Position numbers and translations under genes: made by a program. The notes beneath the pieces were generated by a model. It was given only the letters and a program-made list of their open reading frames with translations, was not told the origin of the DNA and did no database searches. A stretch of DNA of 64,000 nt from a virus (lineage: Duplodnaviria; Caudoviricetes): positions 32,001-96,000 of IMG/VR virus record IMGVR_UViG_3300049182_000044. The stretch is one strand, 5' to 3'. Of the stretch, positions 21,001 to 29,554 are shown piece by piece (position 1 is the stretch's first letter; each line of letters begins with the position of its first letter).

Positions 21001-23832
21001 GGCTTCGACTACGTTGCACTGGACGAATCGCATCGCGTTAAGAACCCGAAGACTGCTGTCCACAAAGCTGTTAAGCAATTGTGTACCGCATCGTCGGTCA
21101 AGTACATTCGTTTGGCCACTGGTACGCTGATCTCGAACAAGCTGACAGACGTAGTTGGTCAGGCAGCGATGTTCTCGTCGCAGATTTTCCGTACACCGGA
21201 AGAGTACGAAGCAGCGAACAGCGAACAGATCGGCGACACTAAGGTGTGGACGTGGAAGAAAGAGACGCCGCGTCTTGCGCGTGAACAGTTGTCGCGCCAC
21301 TCAGCAGTCATTACGTTCAAGCGTAAAGAGTGGGCATTCATGCTCCCAGTACCGAAAGAGAAGTTCATCGCGGTTGCCCTTAGCAAGTCTGAGAAGGAAG
21401 GCGGCGATGCTCACCAGCTGATGTACGATGCAATTCTCAAGCAGACCCTCGAGGAGTTGAAGAAGGACGAGGACGTCATGAAGTTGCTGAAAGGCGATGA
21501 TGACGACGAGAATGGTGACGACGACGAGAACGGTGACGAAGACAACGGGCCGTTGATGCCTGAAGACCTCGATGATGCCACGATGGCTGAACTTGAAATG
21601 TCGCTGCGCCCGTACTTGCAGCGTCTAGAGATGATGCTTGTCGATCCGTTGGGCGACCCGTTCGGTGAAGTGTACTTCAAGGGCATGAAGCGCGGTGACT
21701 TTGTCTCCAATAAGGTGCTGAGGGTTATCGAGCGTATCAAGCTCAACTTCATTGACTTCCATTGGGAGAAGGGCAAGGTATACAGCAAGAAGGGTGTTGA
21801 CGAACAAGGCAACGACCTCGACCTGTGTGACTTCAATGGCAAGCGTTATGCGTTGATGCCGCCACCCAATGTCAATCCTCTGGATCGTGAAGCGTACTAT
21901 GCACCGTACAAGTCGATCATTGAGCCGGACAAGGATCCACGTTGGAAGGAAGAGCCTCGTGGTAAGGTCATTGTGTTCTGCCGCTACACCCGTTCGGTGA
22001 ATGCGATCTTCCATGCACTTGAGCAGTTGAGTCCTACACTCGCTAAGATGGCAGTACGCTTCCACGGCGAGATCAAGGACAAGTGGGCCAACCTCGATGC
22101 GTTCAAGTCTACGCCTATCAGCAAGAACAAAGGCGTACAGATCCTGATCGCAAACGAGCAAGCTATCTCTGAAGGCCACAACCTGCAGATGGCATCCCGC
22201 TTGATTCGTGTTGAATCGCCCTGGGCACCAGGTGAGCTCGATCAGTCGTCTGCTCGTATCTTCCGTCCTGATCCGACTGGGGCATTCACACGCGAAAACG
22301 TGTACCTTGATTGGGTGATGGCGAACGGTTCGATGGAAGTCGCTAAGATGGGTCGTTTGATCTCGAAGATGCTGACGAAAGCTCAGTTCGACGAGGCCGG
22401 CAATCCACTGTACGAAGCTCTCAACGAGTATCAGTTGGCACCGATTTCGATGTCGCTGGAGACAATCGCATCGACGCCGCTGCTGTCTGATATTGAGGAG
22501 TACACCAGCGCATACGGCGACCTCGCAAGTATCATGAGTTCAGAGTTCCGTGAGATGCGTGCTACGCGTCCTGCGAAGATGTTCTCTATCGAGCCGGAGC
22601 CGATGCTGGAAGATGCGAAGATCATCGACTACGTACCGTATGTCCCGAACATGCGTGTGCCGGATCGTAACAACTTCGGTCTGATTGCATTGCCTGAGTT
22701 CTTGCAAGACACGGAGAACGAAGAAGCAGTCGAGATCCTTAGCGACCCGAAGAAGTTGATCGGTATGTATGCACATACTGAAATGGGTAATGGTACGATC
22801 ACGAATGTAACGTTCCGTACCAGCAAGGATAATCCGAATGCCCCGAAGCGTATCATTCGTGTTGAGGTAACGCTTGCAGGCAGCGAAGAGAAGTACGAAG
22901 GTGACCCGTCAATGATTCACATGGCGACAAACCTGACCGCTGAAACAATCAAGAACTTCCAAGTCAAAGCCAAGGTCGCGACGAAGAAGGACAAGGAACG
23001 TGCTGAGAAGTTGCGCAAGAAGGCAGCATTGAAGGCGGAAAAGGAAGCAAAAAAGATCGCACGGCAGAAGAAGCGTGAGAAGGAATCGCTTAAGAAGCTG
23101 AAGGAGATCGAGAAGCTGAAGGACAAGAAGGGCAAGGTGTCGGCACCTAAAAAACCAAAGGTTGAAGAGCCTGAGGAAGACGAGGATGATGATGTTGAAG
23201 ATAACACCAGCGTCGAGCTTTACCCGGTTGTGTACAACGGCTTCCTCGCACTCGAAGCGATTCCTGAAGACGAAGACCTGAATCTGAAGAAGTATGGGTT
23301 TAAGCCTTTCGGCGATTATGCGTACATTGGTATCAAGGACTATGTGACGTTCGATGCGGTAATGAAAGCGCTCACGAAGAAATTCAAGATCGCCAAACCC
23401 GTGTTGAAGCGCTTGGAGTTGCTGCACGATTCGTTCCAGACGGGTCGTGGCCGCAAGTTCGACGTTGCACAAGCACCGATCAGCGAGTTCAAGAACTTCT
23501 ACCGACTGAGCCACACAATGGCTAAGAAGGATGAAGAGACTGGTAAGGTCGAACTCAAGATCTATCCGGTCATCATGAACGGCCAGTTGATGCTGACAGT
23601 AGACTTGGCGACCAACCCGATTGTTCGCAAACTCCTGAACAAGACGATTCCGAAGTCCAAGTCCAAGTTCCAATTGGCGCATGGACTCGATGTGCAGTTC
23701 TTTAAGTCCAAGGCTGAAATGAAAACCGTCTTCAAGAAGATGGTGGCCGGCGGCATCGAGATCACGAATCGTAAAGAGTACGAGAAGGAGTTCGAGGCTC
23801 TCAAGCTGAAGCAGGACAAGGTCAAGAAGTAA
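18058..23832 (+). CDS. Very large SNF2-family (SF2) helicase/ATPase
   Basis: DIAPGGGKT (Walker A), LDESHRVKN (Walker B), ATGTLISN (III), EGHNLQMAS...ESPWAPGELDQSSARIFR (V/VI). Confidence 0.9.
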   Translation: MNNSSIHEASALGNALEGGEGMTPLERAQTSLSNTSFEALLPIQLDPDSQVAKDYDQVFYPRRKPLKGAFTNRGMYPELAKYLAEVSGYLNAVFSQARYLLSEAPLLATMPKDATMAMTTRHLDTVIKRIDKDNINIAQKAFIESVSSGKAHIIKPSNRYKNGFDVIYSGLPTFGGAKGTAISLQPGAGGINHALPESTRDAGWRGMREEGGSLTLEIGKRSLTMCRELITDLFEDANIGTLATAHNRHTKILPLDFDFRKVVGDAVDAMKGLGVDMRPLADIPKVDPLLFKGLGKYFSIVAIYEANHNIVRKRLIDETQTPENYNMNEDFLAMQPNIGFSIVMHLPQEIVSFITQTKPSDRVPLAALNTWVSAWSRALLKIPKAKAKKGERVTVMGSPRYVLPASTTTALIERRKQLGFFTEEGRTNEDNLYVSNVGTLNFCPKSSDLAMENARNYERLLEEALQLSFDAGTPLNASQMGETNPVFGLVHPEYREKIAGLKSQLKRYAGAVQTYSWDYNCILTSAMSDPDKLIATNLAGAAKPDELSVADYLRKPFAQSMMLLFPDSKADVVDESDPMKKVTADGKTESKTKPATMATYGHGGSATPMLRTSVFQNAKKLYTYLLQDKAVPSFQELVDKAAQDLNVKNLETDEHVAPYEKNLFNGLLTADLKVSPVLNPATSSPQRQVDAIWTMLERAIRDSSGFPGSNLARHCYATGENIDENDHFFNPEHFTLAEFKNVYKYFGGRIFYHAMQALAHADRKKLMVINLENPQPQVNFTALVNEVIPLAVMLSKYVPQSEQIYTKADELAEKNKRNTSITADDIHVPGSKGPNAQTGDPGFQLFPHQIESHQYLRNAPRFAVLDIAPGGGKTIAVLSDIANLVRDKKCTKPLIACPNGLVRNWVEDMHKITQGKWNIIPITTSIYRTWGDERLTKMIHNAPRNTIVVVGLSVLKLQKYPVVIGNHVEVVSGTLEFIKKFGFDYVALDESHRVKNPKTAVHKAVKQLCTASSVKYIRLATGTLISNKLTDVVGQAAMFSSQIFRTPEEYEAANSEQIGDTKVWTWKKETPRLAREQLSRHSAVITFKRKEWAFMLPVPKEKFIAVALSKSEKEGGDAHQLMYDAILKQTLEELKKDEDVMKLLKGDDDDENGDDDENGDEDNGPLMPEDLDDATMAELEMSLRPYLQRLEMMLVDPLGDPFGEVYFKGMKRGDFVSNKVLRVIERIKLNFIDFHWEKGKVYSKKGVDEQGNDLDLCDFNGKRYALMPPPNVNPLDREAYYAPYKSIIEPDKDPRWKEEPRGKVIVFCRYTRSVNAIFHALEQLSPTLAKMAVRFHGEIKDKWANLDAFKSTPISKNKGVQILIANEQAISEGHNLQMASRLIRVESPWAPGELDQSSARIFRPDPTGAFTRENVYLDWVMANGSMEVAKMGRLISKMLTKAQFDEAGNPLYEALNEYQLAPISMSLETIASTPLLSDIEEYTSAYGDLASIMSSEFREMRATRPAKMFSIEPEPMLEDAKIIDYVPYVPNMRVPDRNNFGLIALPEFLQDTENEEAVEILSDPKKLIGMYAHTEMGNGTITNVTFRTSKDNPNAPKRIIRVEVTLAGSEEKYEGDPSMIHMATNLTAETIKNFQVKAKVATKKDKERAEKLRKKAALKAEKEAKKIARQKKREKESLKKLKEIEKLKDKKGKVSAPKKPKVEEPEEDEDDDVEDNTSVELYPVVYNGFLALEAIPEDEDLNLKKYGFKPFGDYAYIGIKDYVTFDAVMKALTKKFKIAKPVLKRLELLHDSFQTGRGRKFDVAQAPISEFKNFYRLSHTMAKKDEETGKVELKIYPVIMNGQLMLTVDLATNPIVRKLLNKTIPKSKSKFQLAHGLDVQFFKSKAEMKTVFKKMVAGGIEITNRKEYEKEFEALKLKQDKVKK

Positions 23833-23841
23833 TTGAAGCAC

Positions 23842-23863
23842 GCCACGGCCTTCGGGTCGTGGC
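23842..23863 (+). terminator. cUUCGg hairpin after helicase
   Basis: gccacggcc-ttcg-ggtcgtggc; U tract weak. Confidence 0.55.
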
Positions 23864-23881
23864 TCTAACGGAGAATCCATC

Positions 23882-24217
23882 ATGCAAGTCACTAAGTCAC
23901 AACTGGAACGTCAACAGTTGATCCTCAAAGCCCTCGGTTTCTACTTCGGTAAGCTGGACGGCATTTGGGGCCCTATGTCAATTGAGGCGAAGAAGAAGTA
24001 CGAAGCCGATGCTTCGTTCCGTCCAGGGATCCCGAACAACGGTATGCCTTTCGGTGAGCGTCCGCCTTATCCGGCAGGCATCACTCTCGATCATGCAACT
24101 GGCCTTCTGCATCATCCGCGGATCGATCTGCATACTCTTCCTACCGCAGCGCCTCAGCCTTCTGAGGAAGAGCTGGAGCAACTTACCGCTCCTGACACGG
24201 ACACAGGCAACGAGTAA
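23882..24217 (+). CDS. Peptidoglycan-binding domain protein (PG_binding_1-like)
   Basis: QQLILKALGFYFGKLDGIWGPMSIEAKKKYE. Confidence 0.75.
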   Translation: MQVTKSQLERQQLILKALGFYFGKLDGIWGPMSIEAKKKYEADASFRPGIPNNGMPFGERPPYPAGITLDHATGLLHHPRIDLHTLPTAAPQPSEEELEQLTAPDTDTGNE

Positions 24218-24336
24218 TCCTCTATCCCACCACCCAAAGGCGGCCTCGTGTCGCCTTTCCTCACCTTTAGGCTCTCTTCGCCCCAAACGCAAAACTGTAA
24301 ATACGATATGCGTGATTTAATGCGTTGAGAGAACCT

Positions 24337-27300
24337 ATGCCTGCCTATAAATATACAACCTTTGAGTATCAGTTCGGAGGCTCGTTTGCAGAGGTGTCTG
24401 ATTCCTACGGCTATGTCAAACTCCCGTATCGTCAAGAGGCGAATACGAAGAAGATATTGTTCGTTCTGGATTTCGTACCTACTGAGGACTTGAAGTCGGG
24501 GAAATTGTTATCGGGTGAGACCGGTGACATCCTTGAGAACTTGATGATCGTAGCAAAAGATGTTTTCCTCAAGGATCAGTACGAGCCATTTTCATGGCTC
24601 GCCTGCACCTTTAACGCATTTCGGACGATGGGGAAGTCCAAGCAGTTTCAAGATCAAGCACGAGAAGCTTTCGCAGACCGTGTTAAGGCTTTGATTGTCA
24701 AATACAAGCCGGATGTAGTTGTTGCATTCGGAGCACAGCCGATACGTGCATTGCTCCCCAAGAAGGTAGAACTGAGCCGTGGCCGCCTAGCCAACTGGTA
24801 TGGTGTGCCGATCAAATCGACCATCAAGACCGACAAGGGCGAGCACAAGTGTCGCATCATGCCTACACTGTCTCTCAATCCACTATCGAGTGGTGACAGT
24901 GCAGCACCTTCGATCATGGGTTACATGGCTCGCAATCTTGCGAATGCAATAAATGGCAAGCTGATGTACGCCATTGACGCAGACGAGATTGAGAATCACA
25001 AGTCCGTGCTGATCGACACGATCAAAAAGTTCGACAAGATGATGGACATGCTCGCTGAGCAGAAAGTCGTCTCAATCGACACGGAGGACGAAGGCCTGCT
25101 CAAGGTCACCAACCGAGTGCTGACAGTTCAGTTCGCGAAGTGTACCAAGTTCGGTTACGTGCTTCCATACCTGCACAAGGACACACCGTTCGATGGCAAG
25201 GAACTGAATTACATCCAGCAACGCTTGTGTGCCTTCTTTGAGGGCGAGAACAAGAACGACTATCACGTTTATGCCAACGCGCAGTTCGACTTGAACGTGA
25301 TGCGTACTGCGTTCAAGACATCCTACATGGCGAATCGAGTGTGGGATATCTTCGCAGGTGAGTATGGCCTGGACGAGAACATGAAGTTCCTCCAAGCAGT
25401 CACCGGCGACTATTACTACTCGTTGGGTAATCTCTCGACGCAGTACGGCTTCGACGGCTATTTGAAGGCAGCGTTCGGTAAGGAAGATCGTAAGAACATA
25501 TCCAAGCATGATCTGAATGACGACCTCGTTCGATACATGACACTGGACGTTGTGGTGCCGTTTGCAATTCACCTGAAGCAGCAAGAGCAGGCAATACGGC
25601 TCGGACACGGCAAGTACAACTCGTTGGTGAGTGAGCAGTTGAGTGACTTGATTCACGGCTTCTCGCGTATGGAAACAGTAGGCTCCGGCTTGGATGTCAA
25701 CTACTTGTTCCACTTGCGCACACCTGCATCGCCAATCGAGAAGGTCATTAACGAAATGACCTCGGACTTGATGAACACTCCGGCGGTCAAAGAAGCGAAC
25801 AAACTGCTGCTCAAGAAGGAAGGCATTCCCGAGAAGATGGGTGGCTGGGCAGCACAAGGAGCAACGACGCAGAAGTTCTCGTTGCGTACCGATGCTCACA
25901 AGAAGCTGCTGTTCTTCAATGTGCTTGGCCTCGAACCGATTTCGTTCGGTAAGGCAAAGGAAGGCGGCCAAGGCGCTGGTAAGCTCGACAAGCACTTCCA
26001 GAAGCATTACGAGAACATACCCGAAGTCAAGATGTACACAGCGTTGGGTAAGGCGAAGAAGCTCAAGACTGCATACGTCAACAACTTCCTCAAGCTGCTG
26101 GCATCAGACGCCGACTTCAAGTCAGACTATCGCATTCGACCCAACTACAACTATTTGGGCGTTGTGACGGGACGTACCTCAGCGTCAGATCCGAACTTGC
26201 AACAGATTCCGGCACACTCGGAGCTGGGCAAGCACATCAAGCGTTTGTTCGTTGCACGCCCAGGCTTCCTCTACATCAAGGTCGACTATCGCGTACACGA
26301 AGTTCGTGGTTGGGGTTTGATCTCGTTCGACCGCGCATTGGCCTCGGTGTTCCAGGCAGCAAAGAACTTGCGCGATGCGTATCGTCTGCATCCTACCGCA
26401 GAGATGGCCAAGCGTTTGAAGTATGAGGCAGACATTCACATTATCAACGCAGCCTACTTCTTCACGGTTGCAATTGAGAAGGTGGACAAGCCGCTGCGTA
26501 ATGCTGTTAAGGGTGTTATCTTCGGTTTGATTTATCAGATGTCGATTAAGTCCTTGGCAAAGACGCTGAACAAAGAGCTGGAGTTCACGAAGAAGCTGGT
26601 GAAGGACTTCAACAAGCGTTTCCCGGCAGGTATGAAGTGGATCGAGACTTGCAAGAAGTTTGCGCAAGAGCATCTGTACTACGAGAATCCACTGGGCTTC
26701 CGTCGTCACTTGTGGGGCTATCTCCTGCCAGAGTCTACGCAAAACGGCAGCAAAGTACACGCAGAGATGGATCGCCGTGCAGTGAACTCACCGATTCAAG
26801 GTATGTGTGCGCAGTTCATGGCAATCGGTTCGCGTCAGCTCGACAAGATGGTGTTCGATCTGCGTAAGGCCAAGAAGCGTGTGATGAAGCTGTTCATCAA
26901 CAACTCGGTGCATGACTCGCTCGAAAACGAAGTGGCGTACAAGGACTTCATCCTCGGACTGGACTACGTCGAACAGGCGTTGACCACCAAGGTGCGTGAA
27001 GAGGTAGCACGCCGTCATGGTTTCGAGTTCGTAGTTGACCTCGAGATCGACTTTGAAATCGGTGCAGCGCTGTCGCAAGTGCAAGCATGGGACTTCTCGG
27101 TGCCTGAATTGGAGCGTATCGTCAAAGATGCTCTGGTCTTCCAACGTGACGAACTGAAGTACGATGTGAACGTTGACAGTGCTTTGAAGAAGATCTTCAG
27201 CCAGAAGGAGGACATGCCGACTTGGATGACGAAGCAGATCAAGAACATCGGCTACAAGTTCGACTACGAAAAGACTCCTGAAGAGCGCGCTGCAGAAGCG

Positions 27301-27420
27301 AAGGCTAAGGCAAAGGCTGAAGCGAAAGCCAAGGCAGAAGCCGAAGCAAAGGCCGAGGCTGAAGCTAAAGCGAAAGCAAAAGATGGAAAAGGAAAGGAAG
27401 AAAAAGCTAAGAAGAAGTGA
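24337..27420 (+). CDS. polA: Family A DNA polymerase with N-terminal UDG-like domain and 3'-5' exonuclease
   Basis: Exo motifs SIDTE and YMTLD; TGRTSASDPNLQQIP; motif A DYRVHEVR; motif B RNAVKGVIFGLIY; motif C SVHDS; UDG-fold-like N-terminus KPDVVVAFG. Confidence 0.93.
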   Translation: MPAYKYTTFEYQFGGSFAEVSDSYGYVKLPYRQEANTKKILFVLDFVPTEDLKSGKLLSGETGDILENLMIVAKDVFLKDQYEPFSWLACTFNAFRTMGKSKQFQDQAREAFADRVKALIVKYKPDVVVAFGAQPIRALLPKKVELSRGRLANWYGVPIKSTIKTDKGEHKCRIMPTLSLNPLSSGDSAAPSIMGYMARNLANAINGKLMYAIDADEIENHKSVLIDTIKKFDKMMDMLAEQKVVSIDTEDEGLLKVTNRVLTVQFAKCTKFGYVLPYLHKDTPFDGKELNYIQQRLCAFFEGENKNDYHVYANAQFDLNVMRTAFKTSYMANRVWDIFAGEYGLDENMKFLQAVTGDYYYSLGNLSTQYGFDGYLKAAFGKEDRKNISKHDLNDDLVRYMTLDVVVPFAIHLKQQEQAIRLGHGKYNSLVSEQLSDLIHGFSRMETVGSGLDVNYLFHLRTPASPIEKVINEMTSDLMNTPAVKEANKLLLKKEGIPEKMGGWAAQGATTQKFSLRTDAHKKLLFFNVLGLEPISFGKAKEGGQGAGKLDKHFQKHYENIPEVKMYTALGKAKKLKTAYVNNFLKLLASDADFKSDYRIRPNYNYLGVVTGRTSASDPNLQQIPAHSELGKHIKRLFVARPGFLYIKVDYRVHEVRGWGLISFDRALASVFQAAKNLRDAYRLHPTAEMAKRLKYEADIHIINAAYFFTVAIEKVDKPLRNAVKGVIFGLIYQMSIKSLAKTLNKELEFTKKLVKDFNKRFPAGMKWIETCKKFAQEHLYYENPLGFRRHLWGYLLPESTQNGSKVHAEMDRRAVNSPIQGMCAQFMAIGSRQLDKMVFDLRKAKKRVMKLFINNSVHDSLENEVAYKDFILGLDYVEQALTTKVREEVARRHGFEFVVDLEIDFEIGAALSQVQAWDFSVPELERIVKDALVFQRDELKYDVNVDSALKKIFSQKEDMPTWMTKQIKNIGYKFDYEKTPEERAAEAKAKAKAEAKAKAEAEAKAEAEAKAKAKDGKGKEEKAKKK

Positions 27421-27694
27421 CGGCCCAAGGGTTGTGCATCATAAACGAGAGCCTTTCGACGTATTCATCGCACGTCCTAGCAAGTGGTCGAATCCATTTC
27501 GCATAGGCGTGCATGGTACTCGCAAAGAAGTGATTCAAATGTACCGTGAATGGATCGTGCAGCAGCCAGAACTTATGGCCAGTCTGCATGAGCTTCGTGG
27601 GAAGACTCTTGGATGCTGGTGCCACCCTAAGCGTTGTCACGGCGAAGTGCTAGTCGAATTAGCTAATCGCCCAATCGCTCCCTGGCTAAGATAA
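27383..27694 (+). CDS. DUF4326 family protein
   Basis: VFIARPSKWSNPF...LRGKTLGCWCHPKRCHGEVL. Confidence 0.85.
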   Translation: MEKERKKKLRRSDGPRVVHHKREPFDVFIARPSKWSNPFRIGVHGTRKEVIQMYREWIVQQPELMASLHELRGKTLGCWCHPKRCHGEVLVELANRPIAPWLR

Positions 27695-27698
27695 TCTT

Positions 27699-29057
27699 AT
27701 GAGACAACTACATACTGAAAAAGATGGTATCACTTACATCGACGACATACCGTTCAATGAAGTGAAATGGTACTACATGGCTCCAGTTCCGGATCGCGCT
27801 GCGTTGCAAGAGCCGCCAGAAGGCACTGAGTTCGCCATGTGCAACGATATGTCGAAACGCACGACCCATCCTGGAAGCTTCTTCGTCTGGATTTATCAGA
27901 ACGGGAAGTGGTCTGATATTTCGATTGAAATCGTCCGCAACATCCCCGATTTCATGTCGTACAACGCTGGCGAATGCCCGTGTGGGATCAAACGGCATAC
28001 CGGCATGATCGCTGGGCCTGCGGTACACAACACCGGCCCTCGCGGTACGTTCGGAGGACTGATTCACATCGACGATGCATGGGCATGCGGTCAGGATCAG
28101 ATGTGTAAAGAGAACGTAGATAACACCCGAACAAAGGAACCACAAATGACAATGCCGAGTGATGAAGAACTCGAATTGAACGAGCCGGAAAAGCGTCTGC
28201 GCATCTCCGAAGCATTTTACTCCATCGAAGGTGAAGGCCCGCTTACTGGTGTGCCTACCGTTTTCATCCGCACGTTCGGATGTAACTTCACCTGCTCCGG
28301 TTTCAGCAATCCGACTGGTCAGAAGGTCATTCCGATCAAGATCGACACTTTGCAGAAATTCAAATCGACGGTCGGTTGCGATTCCATCTATTCGTGGCAT
28401 CCGGATTACAAAGACCTCTCTCAGTGGCATACGATCTCGCAACTGGCATCGCACGTAGTTGAAGGATTGCTGCCCGGCGGCAAGGTATTGAATCCCCGCA
28501 CAGGTCAATCGCCCATCCTTTCGTTGACGGGCGGTGAACCGACAATGCACCAGGACGCGATCATTCAGTTGATTAACCATCCGATGATGCAGGACTTCGA
28601 CAAGCTGCTGATCGAAACCAATGCGGCATTCCCGTTGAAGGACGAGTTCATCGAAGGCCTCAATGTGTGGAAAGAGAAGGGTCGTGAGCGTCTTATTATC
28701 TGGGCCTGTTCGCCTAAGCTGAGCATTAGTGGTGAACCGCGTCACAAGGCGATTCGCCCGGAGATCATCGCCGCTCAAATGCAGGTGCGCGATAGTCTCC
28801 ACTATCTCAAGTTCGTTAGTGACGGGTCTACGGAGTCGTTTGAGGAAATCGTTGACACTGTAAAAGAGTACAATGATTACTTGTCGAACTTCATGATGGA
28901 ACTCGATCCGCATTCGATCTACGTCATGCCGATGGGTGCCACCCACGAACAACAAATGGAGATACAGCGCAAGGTCGCAGACAAGTGCCTCGAATACGGG
29001 TACAGCTTCTGCATTCGCGCTCACTGCTTCGTCTATAACAATGAGGTAGGGACATAA
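27699..29057 (+). CDS. queE: 7-carboxy-7-deazaguanine synthase QueE-like radical SAM protein, with ~149-aa N-terminal extension or in-frame upstream gene
   Basis: ISEAFYSIEGEG...GVPTVFIRTFGCNFTC...GCDS; LTGGEP; SPKL; YVMP; AAAGGA RBS before internal ATG 28146. Confidence 0.85.
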   Translation: MRQLHTEKDGITYIDDIPFNEVKWYYMAPVPDRAALQEPPEGTEFAMCNDMSKRTTHPGSFFVWIYQNGKWSDISIEIVRNIPDFMSYNAGECPCGIKRHTGMIAGPAVHNTGPRGTFGGLIHIDDAWACGQDQMCKENVDNTRTKEPQMTMPSDEELELNEPEKRLRISEAFYSIEGEGPLTGVPTVFIRTFGCNFTCSGFSNPTGQKVIPIKIDTLQKFKSTVGCDSIYSWHPDYKDLSQWHTISQLASHVVEGLLPGGKVLNPRTGQSPILSLTGGEPTMHQDAIIQLINHPMMQDFDKLLIETNAAFPLKDEFIEGLNVWKEKGRERLIIWACSPKLSISGEPRHKAIRPEIIAAQMQVRDSLHYLKFVSDGSTESFEEIVDTVKEYNDYLSNFMMELDPHSIYVMPMGATHEQQMEIQRKVADKCLEYGYSFCIRAHCFVYNNEVGT

Positions 29058-29545
29058 TGCCAGTCGATGACGTTGAGTTAGAGGACATGACCGTTGCGGA
29101 GAAGAAGCTCTTTTTCGATGGGGCCCCTTTCTCAGCGCATCGCATCATTTTGTCGACTGGTCTGTCATTGGCCATGAACTCGCTCACGCCGAAATTCTTG
29201 CCGATGTTTCAGACCGAACAGGCGGATATGATGGAGCAGTTTTGTAAGGTGGCGTTGAAGGTAGATAAGCGTCACTGGGACTTTTTCGATTTGTTGATCG
29301 AGACCTTCCACTTGTTCTACAACTGCTTATCTATGTCAACAGGCCCGATTGAGCCTGCAGTGCGAGAGCGTTTAATCATCGTCTATAACGAGCGCCTGAC
29401 GATGAACTTCTATGTCTCTCCTGACAAGGCATTGACGTTAATGGCAGACCTGCTTCCCATCGAAGTGTATCAAGATCCTTACCGCACGGATAAGTTCAAA
29501 GCATCCCGTGTGGCATTTGAATCAATTCTCAACCCCGTACATTGA
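29057..29545 (+). CDS. Hypothetical protein
   Basis: 162 aa, coupled to queE stop. Confidence 0.7.
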   Translation: MPVDDVELEDMTVAEKKLFFDGAPFSAHRIILSTGLSLAMNSLTPKFLPMFQTEQADMMEQFCKVALKVDKRHWDFFDLLIETFHLFYNCLSMSTGPIEPAVRERLIIVYNERLTMNFYVSPDKALTLMADLLPIEVYQDPYRTDKFKASRVAFESILNPVH

Positions 29546-29554
29546 AAGACCAAC

